Assembly: GCA_016206285.1 (NCBI GenBank)
Contig: JACQRW010000007.1
Location: 16,455-80,454, forward strand
Reading direction: 5' to 3'
DNA length: 64,000 nt
DNA from: Candidatus Sungiibacteriota bacterium
Lineage (GTDB): Bacteria; Patescibacteriota; Minisyncoccia; Sungbacterales; HO2-52-23
This document shows, piece after piece, positions 9,015-18,385 of this stretch (the stretch's first letter is position 1; each line of letters opens with the position of its first letter). Made by a program: the position numbers and the translations under genes. The notes beneath the pieces are model-generated. The model saw only the letters and a list, made by a program, of their open reading frames with translations, did not search any database and had not been told where the DNA came from.

Positions 9015-9884
9015 ATGAATAGTCAGAAACAGCTCATCAGCGTTATCATACCGGTCTACAATTGCGAAAAGACGATTGCAATCGCGATTGATTCCATAAT
9101 CAACCAGACATACAAAAATCTGGAGATTATTGTCGTAAATGACGCGAGTACCGATACTACCAAAAGCATTGTGCAAACGATCGCGCAAAAAGATTCCCGC
9201 ATCAAGCTCGTAGATGCCGAAGACGACCCGGATCGCTTTGACGCGAAACTCAACCGCAACGTGAATGCTGGCTGGTCAGCCCGCAATACCGGTTTTCAAC
9301 ATGCACATGGAGAGCTTATCACCTTTCAGGATGCGGACGATGCTTCGCTCCTCAACCGCATTGAAATCCAGTATGATCTGCTGGCAAAATACGGCGCAAC
9401 GCACGTGTGTATTGACTGGATACAGTTTGACGAAAAATATCTTGGCACAAAAATCGACCCGTCCACATACCTTGATGATACCCGGATCATAAAGCCGCAG
9501 GAGATCTACGCCATGTCCCAACGCTCCAAAGGTCTCATCGCCAAAATCTTCCCGTCGCTGAACCGCGCAATACCCTTTCACCTGAAAAGAAAAAGAGTCA
9601 TCAATAAACTATTCTTCGGCTCGCTCGAAAACTACCCGGGCCAGGGCAACTGTCCTCTGTTCAGGCGCGAAGTCCTCGAAAAAGTCCGATTCCGAAAACT
9701 TGCGGACCGCGTCTGGCCGTCATTTATGGGCCGCGGTGCGGACAAAGACTTTAATTTCCAGGTCGCCGAAACATTCCATAACAACTACATATTTTTCATC
9801 CCCCTCTACCTGTGGCGCGTGAAAGACCAAAACCAGCGGTACCCGAACGGCATTGACAATATGGCTATTATGCCCGACAAATAG
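9015..9884 (+). CDS. Glycosyltransferase family 2
   Basis: ISVIIPVYNCEKTIAIAIDSIINQTYKNLEIIVVNDASTD motif. Confidence 0.8.
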   Translation: MNSQKQLISVIIPVYNCEKTIAIAIDSIINQTYKNLEIIVVNDASTDTTKSIVQTIAQKDSRIKLVDAEDDPDRFDAKLNRNVNAGWSARNTGFQHAHGELITFQDADDASLLNRIEIQYDLLAKYGATHVCIDWIQFDEKYLGTKIDPSTYLDDTRIIKPQEIYAMSQRSKGLIAKIFPSLNRAIPFHLKRKRVINKLFFGSLENYPGQGNCPLFRREVLEKVRFRKLADRVWPSFMGRGADKDFNFQVAETFHNNYIFFIPLYLWRVKDQNQRYPNGIDNMAIMPDK

Positions 9885-9928
9885 AAGCAGATATTTAACA
9901 TCAACTGACTCATACAAGGAGAAAAAAG

Positions 9929-10909
9929 ATGCAGACAAAAACACTTGGGAGAACCGGAATCAAGGTCTCTATTATCGGGCTGGGCGGGGCAAATCTTGGC
10001 TTGCCTACGAGCAAGGCTCCATACTACCAGCATGTTGATAATCCGGAACACAATGCATACATGGTTGAATCCCTTGGCATTGCAACCGTTCATGCAGCGC
10101 TTAGAAGAGGGGTCACGCTGATTGATACGGCGCCGAAATATGGATACGGTATGAGCGAACAGATTATTGGAAAAGCTCTCCGGATGCGCCCCAATCTTGC
10201 AAGAAACTGCATGGTTACCACTAAAGTTGGGCTGGTGTATGCGGGAGACGGTTTTGACTACTCGCATGAGACCACTATGGAATGTATGTTCAGCAGTTCC
10301 GTGCGTCTTGGAATGGAACGCTTCTCGATCGTCTACCTTCACGACCCGATGGATTTTCCTATGGATTTCGTGATGAGCGAGAGTGGAGCCATGGGAGCTT
10401 TGCGTGAACTTCAGCGACGCGGGATTGTCCGTTATATTGGCATCGCGGCGGATGAACCGGAGACCGCCGCCGATTATATCGAGACCGGAGAGTTTGATGT
10501 TGCAACCGTTTCCGGCGCATGGAGCTTGATCAACCAAAAGGCGGCTGAACGTATTTTACCGGCCGCCAGAAAGCATAATGTCGGTATTGTGGCAACTACA
10601 GTGATAGAACGGGGTCTGCTCGCAACAGGCAAGCCGATCCCCGGGGTTCGCTATATCCAGCGGGATTTCTCGCCGGAACTTCTGGCGCATGTCGAAACAA
10701 TCGATGCGCTCTGTCACGAATTCGACATTCCGTTACTGGCCGCGGCATTGCAATGGGCAACCCGAGATCCGCAGATCGCAACCGCCATACCAGGCGCACG
10801 CACTCCGGAAGAGGCCCGCGAAAATGCCCTCGCCGGTATGATGTACATTCCCGAAAGTTTCTGGAAAGTGCTGGAATCCCTCATCCGCCATTTTGACACC
10901 CGCGTATAG
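9929..10909 (+). CDS. Aldo/keto reductase family oxidoreductase
   Basis: LGRTGIKVSIIGLGG, IDTAPKYG and overall AKR layout. Strong AGGAG ribosome-binding site upstream. Confidence 0.8.
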   Translation: MQTKTLGRTGIKVSIIGLGGANLGLPTSKAPYYQHVDNPEHNAYMVESLGIATVHAALRRGVTLIDTAPKYGYGMSEQIIGKALRMRPNLARNCMVTTKVGLVYAGDGFDYSHETTMECMFSSSVRLGMERFSIVYLHDPMDFPMDFVMSESGAMGALRELQRRGIVRYIGIAADEPETAADYIETGEFDVATVSGAWSLINQKAAERILPAARKHNVGIVATTVIERGLLATGKPIPGVRYIQRDFSPELLAHVETIDALCHEFDIPLLAAALQWATRDPQIATAIPGARTPEEARENALAGMMYIPESFWKVLESLIRHFDTRV

Positions 10910-10920
10910 TTATATCTACG

Positions 10921-11979
10921 CTAACCTTTTGAGCCCTTGCCGATGCGAGGGCTCGTTTTCATATAATCTTTCTGCCATTCGATAGTGCGTGCCAAGCCTT
11001 TTGAGAATGGAGTGAATCTGAATTTTTTCATTTCGCGTTTTATCTTGGCAAGATTAAGTTTTACAAGTTCCGGATCTTTTCCGATATGCGCGAGACCGGA
11101 AGTTTGAGCCGGAATGGCGTAGTCCGCATGACAGTATTTGGCAATTTTTTTTGCGAGATCAAGAATTGAGAGACTGTCTTTGCCGCCGACATTGTAGACC
11201 ATCTCGCGGCTTTCAAATGCGACAAATAAAATCATGGCAACGATATCGGCAATATATCCATACGTCTTTACCGATGTTCCCTGGTCAAGCAGAGAGATCT
11301 TTTTTTTCGTCAGGGCTTTTTGTATAAATTCGCTCATGACGCGCGTATCATCCGGAGGCAGGCCAGGGCCGTAGACATGCGAGATGCGGACAATTTTCGC
11401 ATTCACTCCCTTATTTTTTTTGTATGCCGCACACAACGCTTCGCCCAGGCGTTTTGATTCGGCATAGACGGATCTCGGCATATGCAACGGACAGTTCCCG
11501 TTAAAATCTTCTCTGACAGGGATAAGGCGGCTTGGAATATTGCCATAAATCTCCGCTGAACTGAAAAATACAAAAGTCGCGGACCGGGACGCTTCCAGAA
11601 GCGAGCGCGTGGCATCAACATTAATTGCGACGGTCGAAGCCGGATCTTGGACGAATTTCGCCGGCTGTGCATAGCCGGCTGCGTGAAAAATATAATCATA
11701 TCCTGCAAGATTGAACGGATGCGACAGATCAACGCGGCGATACGAAATACGCTTGTCATACCGCATCAGCGACTGTATGACCGGCCGGGGCCCGCTTAAA
11801 CTGACTGCATGGATCGTACAGCCAAGCCCAAGCTCGCGATTCGCGAGCGAGAGAACGCTCACGAGATACTGGCCCAGAAACCCGTTGGCCCCGGTAATCA
11901 GTATCTTCTTCCCTTTTGCCTTTCTTATGTTCACGCGGGCAAGAATTTCCCGGCAGTCAGCCTCAATGATATTATTCAT
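10921..11979 (-). CDS. UDP-glucuronate decarboxylase-like extended SDR (UXS/ArnA-decarboxylase-like)
   Basis: KKILITGANGFLGQYLV Rossmann motif; HVYGPGLPPDDTRVMSEFIQKAL resembles UXS YGPRMxxNDGRVVSNFI. Start taken at the internal ATG (MNNIIE), 2 nt after the upstream stop. Confidence 0.65.
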   Translation of the reverse strand: MNNIIEADCREILARVNIRKAKGKKILITGANGFLGQYLVSVLSLANRELGLGCTIHAVSLSGPRPVIQSLMRYDKRISYRRVDLSHPFNLAGYDYIFHAAGYAQPAKFVQDPASTVAINVDATRSLLEASRSATFVFFSSAEIYGNIPSRLIPVREDFNGNCPLHMPRSVYAESKRLGEALCAAYKKNKGVNAKIVRISHVYGPGLPPDDTRVMSEFIQKALTKKKISLLDQGTSVKTYGYIADIVAMILFVAFESREMVYNVGGKDSLSILDLAKKIAKYCHADYAIPAQTSGLAHIGKDPELVKLNLAKIKREMKKFRFTPFSKGLARTIEWQKDYMKTSPRIGKGSKG

Positions 11980-13813
11980 GAGTTTCAGTTTTTTTTCCTT
12001 TGATGCCACCGCCCGGAAGCGGAGGAGTTTCCCATCCCTCGACCGGATCAATGAGCATATTTTTGCGAAACTCGTCACGGGGCAAATAGGGATACATGTC
12101 TTCGATGGGAGTGGCCCATCCGAACACGCGCGGCTCATAAGTATACCAGTTGCCGCAGTCAACATCACAGACAACCGGCCCGTCATAGGCAAGAACTTCT
12201 TGGATCATTTTTTGAGCATCATCATTGTTTACCAGCCGCCGCGCAGGAATACCGTAGGCATCAACAACCTTCACAAAATCCGGAGGCGTGTATCCCTTGG
12301 GGCCGGACGCTTCATAGCGCCCCTCCACATTTGTTTCCTGAAACGCCTTGATGATGCCGTATACATGGTTGTTGATAATGAAAGTTTTTATTTTAATGCC
12401 ATACATGAGCAACGTCTGCAATTCCTGGATATTCATGGTAAATCCCCCGTCTCCGATAATGCAGACGACATTGCCCTTTTTATCGGAGCCAAACCATGCG
12501 CCCATAGCCCCGCAAAAAGAGAACCCCATAGGCGAATTGCCATTATTGGTAAGGTAACGCTGTCCATTTTTGGTCTCAAACGCATGATTACTGGTCACAA
12601 TATTGCCGCCGCAGTCGGCAATCAGAATATCCTGCTCCTTCATCTCCTGCGACAAAATCCTCATAAATGCGTACGGATTCACATATCCCTGCTGCTTGAA
12701 AAATTCAGGACGCACCGGATCATACTTTTCTTTCCATTCTAAAACCTGTTTCGTCCACGCCGATACGTCCGGCAGTGCAGCGCCTGCAAGTTTCTTTTCA
12801 AGCCGCTCCAGAAAAAGTTTTGCATCGCATAAAATACTCACATCAAACGGCACCTGCTGCAATTTTTTCTGCAGAAGCGCCGGATCAACGTCCACCACAT
12901 ATTTTTTCGCCGCACGCGCGAATGTTTTTAGATTTCCGCCGGTAATGCGGCCGGATATCCGGCTTCCCACCGCAAGCAGGAGATCGCTATTTTGAAGCCC
13001 GAAGTTTCGTCCTCTGCCGCCATACGTCCCCACACGCCCGCCATAATACTCATAATCGGAGGGGACGATATCAAGCGCATTCCATGTCGGAAAAACCGGG
13101 ATTTTCAGGATACGCCCTACGCGCTGCAGAAGTGCTTCTGCATGCGCTATCCCAACTCCCCCGCCTGCCAATATGGCAGGACGTTTGGCCTTCCGGAGAT
13201 CTTCCAAAAATCCGTCTATTCTTTTATCAATAACAGCAACATCATACGCAGTACGACTCGCCTCAATATCAAATCCAACCAACTTTTCCGGATCTACCTG
13301 GACTTTTTGAAGATTCTGCGGAATATCCAAAAGCACCGGCCCGGGCCGGCCGTCGGTCGCAAGAAACAATGCTTTCTCAAGCTCATACTTAATATCCTCG
13401 GCCTTGGTAACAAGCTTGGCGTATTTGGCAATGGGAGATACGATCGAAACAATATCCGTTTCCTGAAATCCCACTTGCCGGATAGAGGGATCGGAGCGCA
13501 GAAACTCCGAGTTAATCTGCCCGGTAATGAAAAGTGCCGGAACCGAATCGTAATAACAATTGCCTATGGGAGTGACCAGATTCATGCCGCCAGGACCGCT
13601 GGTGGCGATGGCAACGCCCGGTACACCTTTTATTTTTGCATAACCTTCCGCGGCAAACCCGGCTGCCTGTTCGTGCGCCATTGCCACGTATCCGGTCTTG
13701 TCCGTCCGGGTGAATGCATCAATCAGATAGGCATTTGCGGCGCCCGATACGACAAACATTTTGTCGATCCCCCGGCCGGCAAGATATTGAATGACAAAAT
13801 CTGCAAGTTGCAT
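11972..13813 (-). CDS. Thiamine-pyrophosphate-dependent enzyme, acetolactate-synthase-large-subunit family (YerE-like candidate)
   Basis: 613 aa with N-terminal TPP Pyr domain, a central domain, and a C-terminal TPP-binding GDGGF...N motif (IIGDGGFTMN). Confidence 0.8.
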   Translation of the reverse strand: MQLADFVIQYLAGRGIDKMFVVSGAANAYLIDAFTRTDKTGYVAMAHEQAAGFAAEGYAKIKGVPGVAIATSGPGGMNLVTPIGNCYYDSVPALFITGQINSEFLRSDPSIRQVGFQETDIVSIVSPIAKYAKLVTKAEDIKYELEKALFLATDGRPGPVLLDIPQNLQKVQVDPEKLVGFDIEASRTAYDVAVIDKRIDGFLEDLRKAKRPAILAGGGVGIAHAEALLQRVGRILKIPVFPTWNALDIVPSDYEYYGGRVGTYGGRGRNFGLQNSDLLLAVGSRISGRITGGNLKTFARAAKKYVVDVDPALLQKKLQQVPFDVSILCDAKLFLERLEKKLAGAALPDVSAWTKQVLEWKEKYDPVRPEFFKQQGYVNPYAFMRILSQEMKEQDILIADCGGNIVTSNHAFETKNGQRYLTNNGNSPMGFSFCGAMGAWFGSDKKGNVVCIIGDGGFTMNIQELQTLLMYGIKIKTFIINNHVYGIIKAFQETNVEGRYEASGPKGYTPPDFVKVVDAYGIPARRLVNNDDAQKMIQEVLAYDGPVVCDVDCGNWYTYEPRVFGWATPIEDMYPYLPRDEFRKNMLIDPVEGWETPPLPGGGIKGKKTETHE

Positions 13814-13837
13814 ACAATCGATATTAATTAGTTTACA

Positions 13838-15058
13838 CTATAGCGCTTTTGCCGCAGCCCGTGCAAGTCTCCGGCAGCCTTCCAATAATTTTTGCGAAGT
13901 GTTTGCATAGCATATGCGGATATATTTTTTCCCTCCGGGGCCGAATCCGGAACCGGGACAAACCACCACGCCGTGTTTTTGCATGGCGTATTCGGCAAAT
14001 TGATCTCCGTCCATACCGGTCTTTGAAACATCTATAAAAAGGTAAAAGGCGCCGGATGGTTTTGAAAATTCGAACTTTTCAACTTTACCAAGCTCGCGCA
14101 AAACGATTTGGCGCAAACGCGCATATTCTCTCAAATATCGGGCGGAAAATTCATGGCGGCGCTCAAGCGCGGTCACGCATGCATCCTGCAAAAAAGGCGG
14201 AACGCACGAAACAATCGTCTGGGAAAGCAGAGCTATTTTCTCGATGATCTGCTCCGGCCCTATGGCATACCCAACCCGCCAGCCGGTCATGGCAAACGGC
14301 TTTGAAAAACCGTTGGTCACAATCACTCGCTCGCGGCATGAATCAAGCGTCCCCGGAGAAAAATGCGCCCCCTCATATACCAACCGTGAATAGATTTCAT
14401 CACTCAAGATGAATACGTTATGTTTTTTTGCCAGCGCATAAATTTTTATAATATCGCTTTTCGGATATACGCTGCCGGTAGGATTTGAAGGAGAATTAAT
14501 AACAATAAGGCGCGTTTTTGACGTAATACGCTTCTCAACCTCTGCCGGATCAAAACGAAAATTGTTCGTATGGGTTATTGGCACGCGCACGCCCTTGATC
14601 TTGAGCATATCAAGCACGGCGTTATAGGTAACAAAAGCGGGATCAGTCAGGATCACTTCCTCGCCCGAATTTACCAGCACGGCAAGAACATAATAAATCA
14701 GCGGGTTCGCCCCGGAAGTCACCACGATTTGGGACAAATCCGGCGTAAACTTGAAATCTTCTTTGACCGCCTTCTGAATCGCTACGCGCAATGTGTGTTC
14801 TCCATATGAGCTGCCGTAGTGCGTATGTCCGGCTTTCAACGCCGCAATCGCACTTTTCTTTACCTCCGACGGCATTTCAAGATGCGTATCTCCTATTTCA
14901 AAATGGATAAGGTCTTTACCCTGCCGCTCTAAATCCTGTGCCGCACCCAATATCCGAAACATAGATTGACCCACAATCCGCTTGGCAAAATCCGAAAACA
15001 CCAGACTCGATCGTGCCGCAGATATTTCTTTCCGGGTTTTTCTCTCTGATGTACTCAT
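13838..15058 (-). CDS. Class I/II PLP-dependent aminotransferase (aspartate-aminotransferase family)
   Basis: NGFSKPFAMTGWRVGY PLP-lysine motif and overall AAT layout. Start taken at the internal ATG (MSTSERK), consistent with the upstream gene ending at 15072. Confidence 0.8.
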   Translation of the reverse strand: MSTSERKTRKEISAARSSLVFSDFAKRIVGQSMFRILGAAQDLERQGKDLIHFEIGDTHLEMPSEVKKSAIAALKAGHTHYGSSYGEHTLRVAIQKAVKEDFKFTPDLSQIVVTSGANPLIYYVLAVLVNSGEEVILTDPAFVTYNAVLDMLKIKGVRVPITHTNNFRFDPAEVEKRITSKTRLIVINSPSNPTGSVYPKSDIIKIYALAKKHNVFILSDEIYSRLVYEGAHFSPGTLDSCRERVIVTNGFSKPFAMTGWRVGYAIGPEQIIEKIALLSQTIVSCVPPFLQDACVTALERRHEFSARYLREYARLRQIVLRELGKVEKFEFSKPSGAFYLFIDVSKTGMDGDQFAEYAMQKHGVVVCPGSGFGPGGKKYIRICYANTSQKLLEGCRRLARAAAKAL

Positions 15059-15071
15059 GCGCGATAGACCG

Positions 15072-16040
15072 CTATATCTCTTTCGGGAGAAAAGGTTTTT
15101 TAAGCAGTCTTTTTGTATTCCGCACCACGGAGATTTTGAGCGCCGCCAGCGCCGCACGTCCGGAAACCTGCGGGCGCACCCAGTCGGAAAACCACTCCGG
15201 TAAATGCGGGGATTTCTCTTCAATCTTTTTATGAATCAGGTTTGACTGGTGTACCGCCTCGATCACGGCCATATTTTTCCCCTGCGCCTTATGCCACGCA
15301 AAAAACGCATGCGTATCCTTGGGCAGGCAATGGCCGCCGTATGAGCGCCCGTACCGGAGATAGCCCTTTTCTTCAAAAATAAAATTGAGCATCGCCTCGT
15401 TTCTGCTCACTGCCGCCTCATCGGTCGGAAGCGCTATGGCATTGCCGAATTCGTTGACAAAAGCTACCCGGAGCGAATTCCAGATGTTAGACAAATATTT
15501 GAGGTATGAGGCTTCTTCCGGCGTGCCGTAAAAAGTCTTGACCGCGGCGTTTTCCCAGCGGTCGAAAAAACTCGGCCTTGGCGCGTCTTCTTTAGTGCGC
15601 GAGCCGACAATAAAATAATGCGGCACCATGCACTCCTCCACTGCTTTTTTTTCATGGAGAAATTCCGGCACATAGTAATCAAACTCAAGCGTCTTCAGGT
15701 GCCCCGGCAATACGGTCGAACGAAGGATCACGCCGCCCTTTGCCTCTTTAAGCGGCTCCAGCGCTTTGCGGATCGCGGAAATATCCTGCTCGCCGTCCGG
15801 CATGACCCGGTCGCCCACGCACACCATATACCACGTATCCGGCCCATCCTTCTCAAGCACCCGGGACAAGGGTTTTATCCTGTCATAGGTCTTTTGGTGC
15901 GTATCCGCATAACGGAGCACCGGCGTCTGCACGTCGTAATAAAAGACATCGTAACCCGCATGTGAGAGCGCCAGGGCATTGGCCTGCCCGACCCAGCCGA
16001 ACCCCACGATAACCACCTTCTCTTGTGATGATGAACTCAT
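15072..16040 (-). CDS. Nucleotide-sugar dehydrogenase family protein (UDP-glucose/GDP-mannose 6-dehydrogenase-like), unusually short
   Basis: VVIVGFGWVG (Rossmann), VPEFLHEKKAVEE and GGHCLPKD catalytic-Cys motif. Only 322 aa, so the C-terminal domain is reduced. Confidence 0.65.
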   Translation of the reverse strand: MSSSSQEKVVIVGFGWVGQANALALSHAGYDVFYYDVQTPVLRYADTHQKTYDRIKPLSRVLEKDGPDTWYMVCVGDRVMPDGEQDISAIRKALEPLKEAKGGVILRSTVLPGHLKTLEFDYYVPEFLHEKKAVEECMVPHYFIVGSRTKEDAPRPSFFDRWENAAVKTFYGTPEEASYLKYLSNIWNSLRVAFVNEFGNAIALPTDEAAVSRNEAMLNFIFEEKGYLRYGRSYGGHCLPKDTHAFFAWHKAQGKNMAVIEAVHQSNLIHKKIEEKSPHLPEWFSDWVRPQVSGRAALAALKISVVRNTKRLLKKPFLPKEI

Positions 16041-16184
16041 AAGATATTTACTTCAGTTCTACGATAATGTAATGTATAGTATAATCGCTTTTTGAGAGAT
16101 ACGCAAGCCATGCCTACCGGCAGACAGGCCAAGTTTATAGATAGCAGTATAACGAGAAAACGATATAAAAAGTTTCCACACAGT

Positions 16185-16727
16185 ATGAATAAAAAAATAA
16201 AAACCGTAGTACCGCAGTCTCGATGGATCCCGGACGAGCTTTTTCAGGCAATCCAGAAAAACATGCCGGTTGCGTGCGTTGATTTGATCGTACTCCGCCG
16301 CAGACAAAAGGGTATGCTCGAAACGCTCCTCATCAAAAGGAAAATTTATCCGGAACAGAGAAAATGGTGCCTGATCGGCGGGCGCATACTCAAAAACGAA
16401 TACACCAAAGACACCATCAAGCGGCAGGCCAAAGAAGAACTCGGCGTATCGGTTAAAATCCTGCCGCCGTGGAATGAAACGAATCCTTTTGCGGTTTTCA
16501 ATGATCCGATTTCCGACAAACAAAAACATTTTGTTGCGCTCGCCTATCCGGTCGTGATCACTAAAGGCGCACTGAATGCCACCGGCCCGGAATTCAGCGA
16601 AGCACGCTGGTTCCCACTTGATAAACTTCCCGCACGAATCGGCTTCTACCACCCAAAAGTGCTCGCAATGTTTTCCCGCGCTATGAAAAAAGGCCAGCAA
16701 AAGCCGACCGTTAATCTGTCTCAATAA
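16185..16727 (+). CDS. Nudix hydrolase (NDP-sugar hydrolase candidate)
   Basis: Nudix box GGRILKNEYTKDTIKRQAKEELGV. Start taken at the internal ATG (MNKKIK). Confidence 0.75.
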   Translation: MNKKIKTVVPQSRWIPDELFQAIQKNMPVACVDLIVLRRRQKGMLETLLIKRKIYPEQRKWCLIGGRILKNEYTKDTIKRQAKEELGVSVKILPPWNETNPFAVFNDPISDKQKHFVALAYPVVITKGALNATGPEFSEARWFPLDKLPARIGFYHPKVLAMFSRAMKKGQQKPTVNLSQ

Positions 16728-16739
16728 GAGGATAAGCGA

Positions 16740-17315
16740 CTAGTCGAGGAGATAGTCCAAGGCAAGCGTAAGCGCCACCCATGACATAGCAATTTCCAAA
16801 TGCATGTCATCAAGACGACCTCGCAGAAGATTTCTGGCGCGTTTCGGATCGATAAGCACGACTTCGCTCTCCGGCATCTTCACCAGATACGCCCCCGTAG
16901 CAAGAAAAAAGTAATGTTCGCCACCGTCAATTTTGTCGGAAAAGTCAACCATTGGATCCTCCCGAAGTATGATCCAGTTTGTCGCTCCATAACCGGTTTC
17001 CTCAGTAAATTCACGTTTGGCGGCATCTAAAGGTGTCTCATCTTTTTTCACTCCGCCGGTAGCTGCCGTGAGCATGCGCTTCATCTGACCATACTTTGGC
17101 TCGCGTACCAAGATAATGTTGCCCGCATTGGTATGACCAATGACAACAGAAAAAGACCTTCCTTGCCGGTCCCACAGAAATTGCGGTTCGCGAATTATTC
17201 CACCTGAAGTTTCCACTATACGGCGGGTAACTTTGAAAAATGGGTTATCGTAGGCGATTGATTCTGAAACAATTTTGCCGACTTCCGTAGTATCATTTGG
17301 TTGTCGTTGACTCAC
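16740..17315 (-). CDS. Nudix hydrolase
   Basis: Nudix box GGVKKDETPLDAAKREFTEETGY. Confidence 0.75.
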   Translation of the reverse strand: MSQRQPNDTTEVGKIVSESIAYDNPFFKVTRRIVETSGGIIREPQFLWDRQGRSFSVVIGHTNAGNIILVREPKYGQMKRMLTAATGGVKKDETPLDAAKREFTEETGYGATNWIILREDPMVDFSDKIDGGEHYFFLATGAYLVKMPESEVVLIDPKRARNLLRGRLDDMHLEIAMSWVALTLALDYLLD

Positions 17316-17395
17316 TTGTATTTCTCCTCTTTCTTTATTATTATGATGTGAAAGATCAATTCAAGTAGGATAGTATCTTTAGTAAAAAAGTCAAT

Positions 17396-18385
17396 ATGTC
17401 AAAAATACTTATCACCGGCGGAACCGGATTTATCGGATATCATCTGGCAAAACGCTTGGTCGGCCAGGAGCACGAAGTCGTGCTCGCGGATAATTTTTTC
17501 CGCAGCGAGCGCGATGCCGATCTTATAGCGCTTCTTGAACAGCCCAATATCAAACTCATCGAAGCAGATCTGACTGATCCGGCATTATGGGACGCGCTTG
17601 GCACCGGATATGATTATGTGTACCACCTGGTGGGCATTAACGGGACAAAGCTCTTTTACGAAATCCCCCACGAAGTGCTGCGCATCGGAGTCACTACTAC
17701 GCTCAATGCGCTTGACTGGTTCAGAACCAAAAACAATCAGCCAAACGCGAAGATACTTTATACCTCCTCCAACGAGGCATATGCCGGAGCGCTTGATGCA
17801 TTCGGCAAGCTCTTGATCCCCACGCCGGAAAACGTACCGCTGGTGATCGCCGACCCCTACAACCCGCGGTGGTCGTACGCCGGACAAAAACTCATCGGAG
17901 AGCTTTTGTTCATCCACTATGCAAAAGCATACGGTTTTCGCATGTCCATAGTACGACCGCATAATTTTTACGGCCCGCGCGAGGGATATTTGCACGTGAT
18001 ACCGGAGATTATCGAGCGCATCCACGAGCAGCCCGATCCGTTTCCCATTTTTGGAGCCGATACTACGCGCTCTTTCTGCTATATTGATGACGCAGTGGAA
18101 GCGATCCAGACCGTCATGGAATCGGACAAGACGGATAACGGCACCTACCATATAGGCACGCACGAGGAGACGCTGATTAAAAACCTGATCGAAAATCTGT
18201 TCACGCTCATGAACTGGCATCCGAAAGAATTGGATATTCAAAACTCGCCCGAAGGCAGCGTAAAGCGCCGCCTGGCTGACGTCTCCAAAATCAAGGCCGA
18301 CATTGGATGGGAAGCAAAAATCGGATTGGAAGAAGGTCTGCGAAAAACTATTGAATGGTATACGGCGCATCCGCATAAAAAATAG
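17396..18385 (+). CDS. NAD-dependent epimerase/dehydratase (extended SDR), tandem paralog A
   Basis: ILITGGTGFIGYHL Rossmann motif and catalytic SYAGQK (YxxxK). Confidence 0.8.
   Translation: MSKILITGGTGFIGYHLAKRLVGQEHEVVLADNFFRSERDADLIALLEQPNIKLIEADLTDPALWDALGTGYDYVYHLVGINGTKLFYEIPHEVLRIGVTTTLNALDWFRTKNNQPNAKILYTSSNEAYAGALDAFGKLLIPTPENVPLVIADPYNPRWSYAGQKLIGELLFIHYAKAYGFRMSIVRPHNFYGPREGYLHVIPEIIERIHEQPDPFPIFGADTTRSFCYIDDAVEAIQTVMESDKTDNGTYHIGTHEETLIKNLIENLFTLMNWHPKELDIQNSPEGSVKRRLADVSKIKADIGWEAKIGLEEGLRKTIEWYTAHPHKK

Noticed and set aside
8130-10537. Minus-strand ORFs 8130..8789 and 9806..10537 overlapping the GT4/GT2/AKR genes
   Set aside because: Antisense to genes with strong family motifs; no motifs of their own.
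11711-13831. Long plus-strand ORFs (11711..12742, 12603..12995, 12992..13831) opposite the TPP-enzyme gene
   Set aside because: Shadow ORFs on the antisense strand of a clearly motif-bearing gene; proteins are low-complexity with no motifs.
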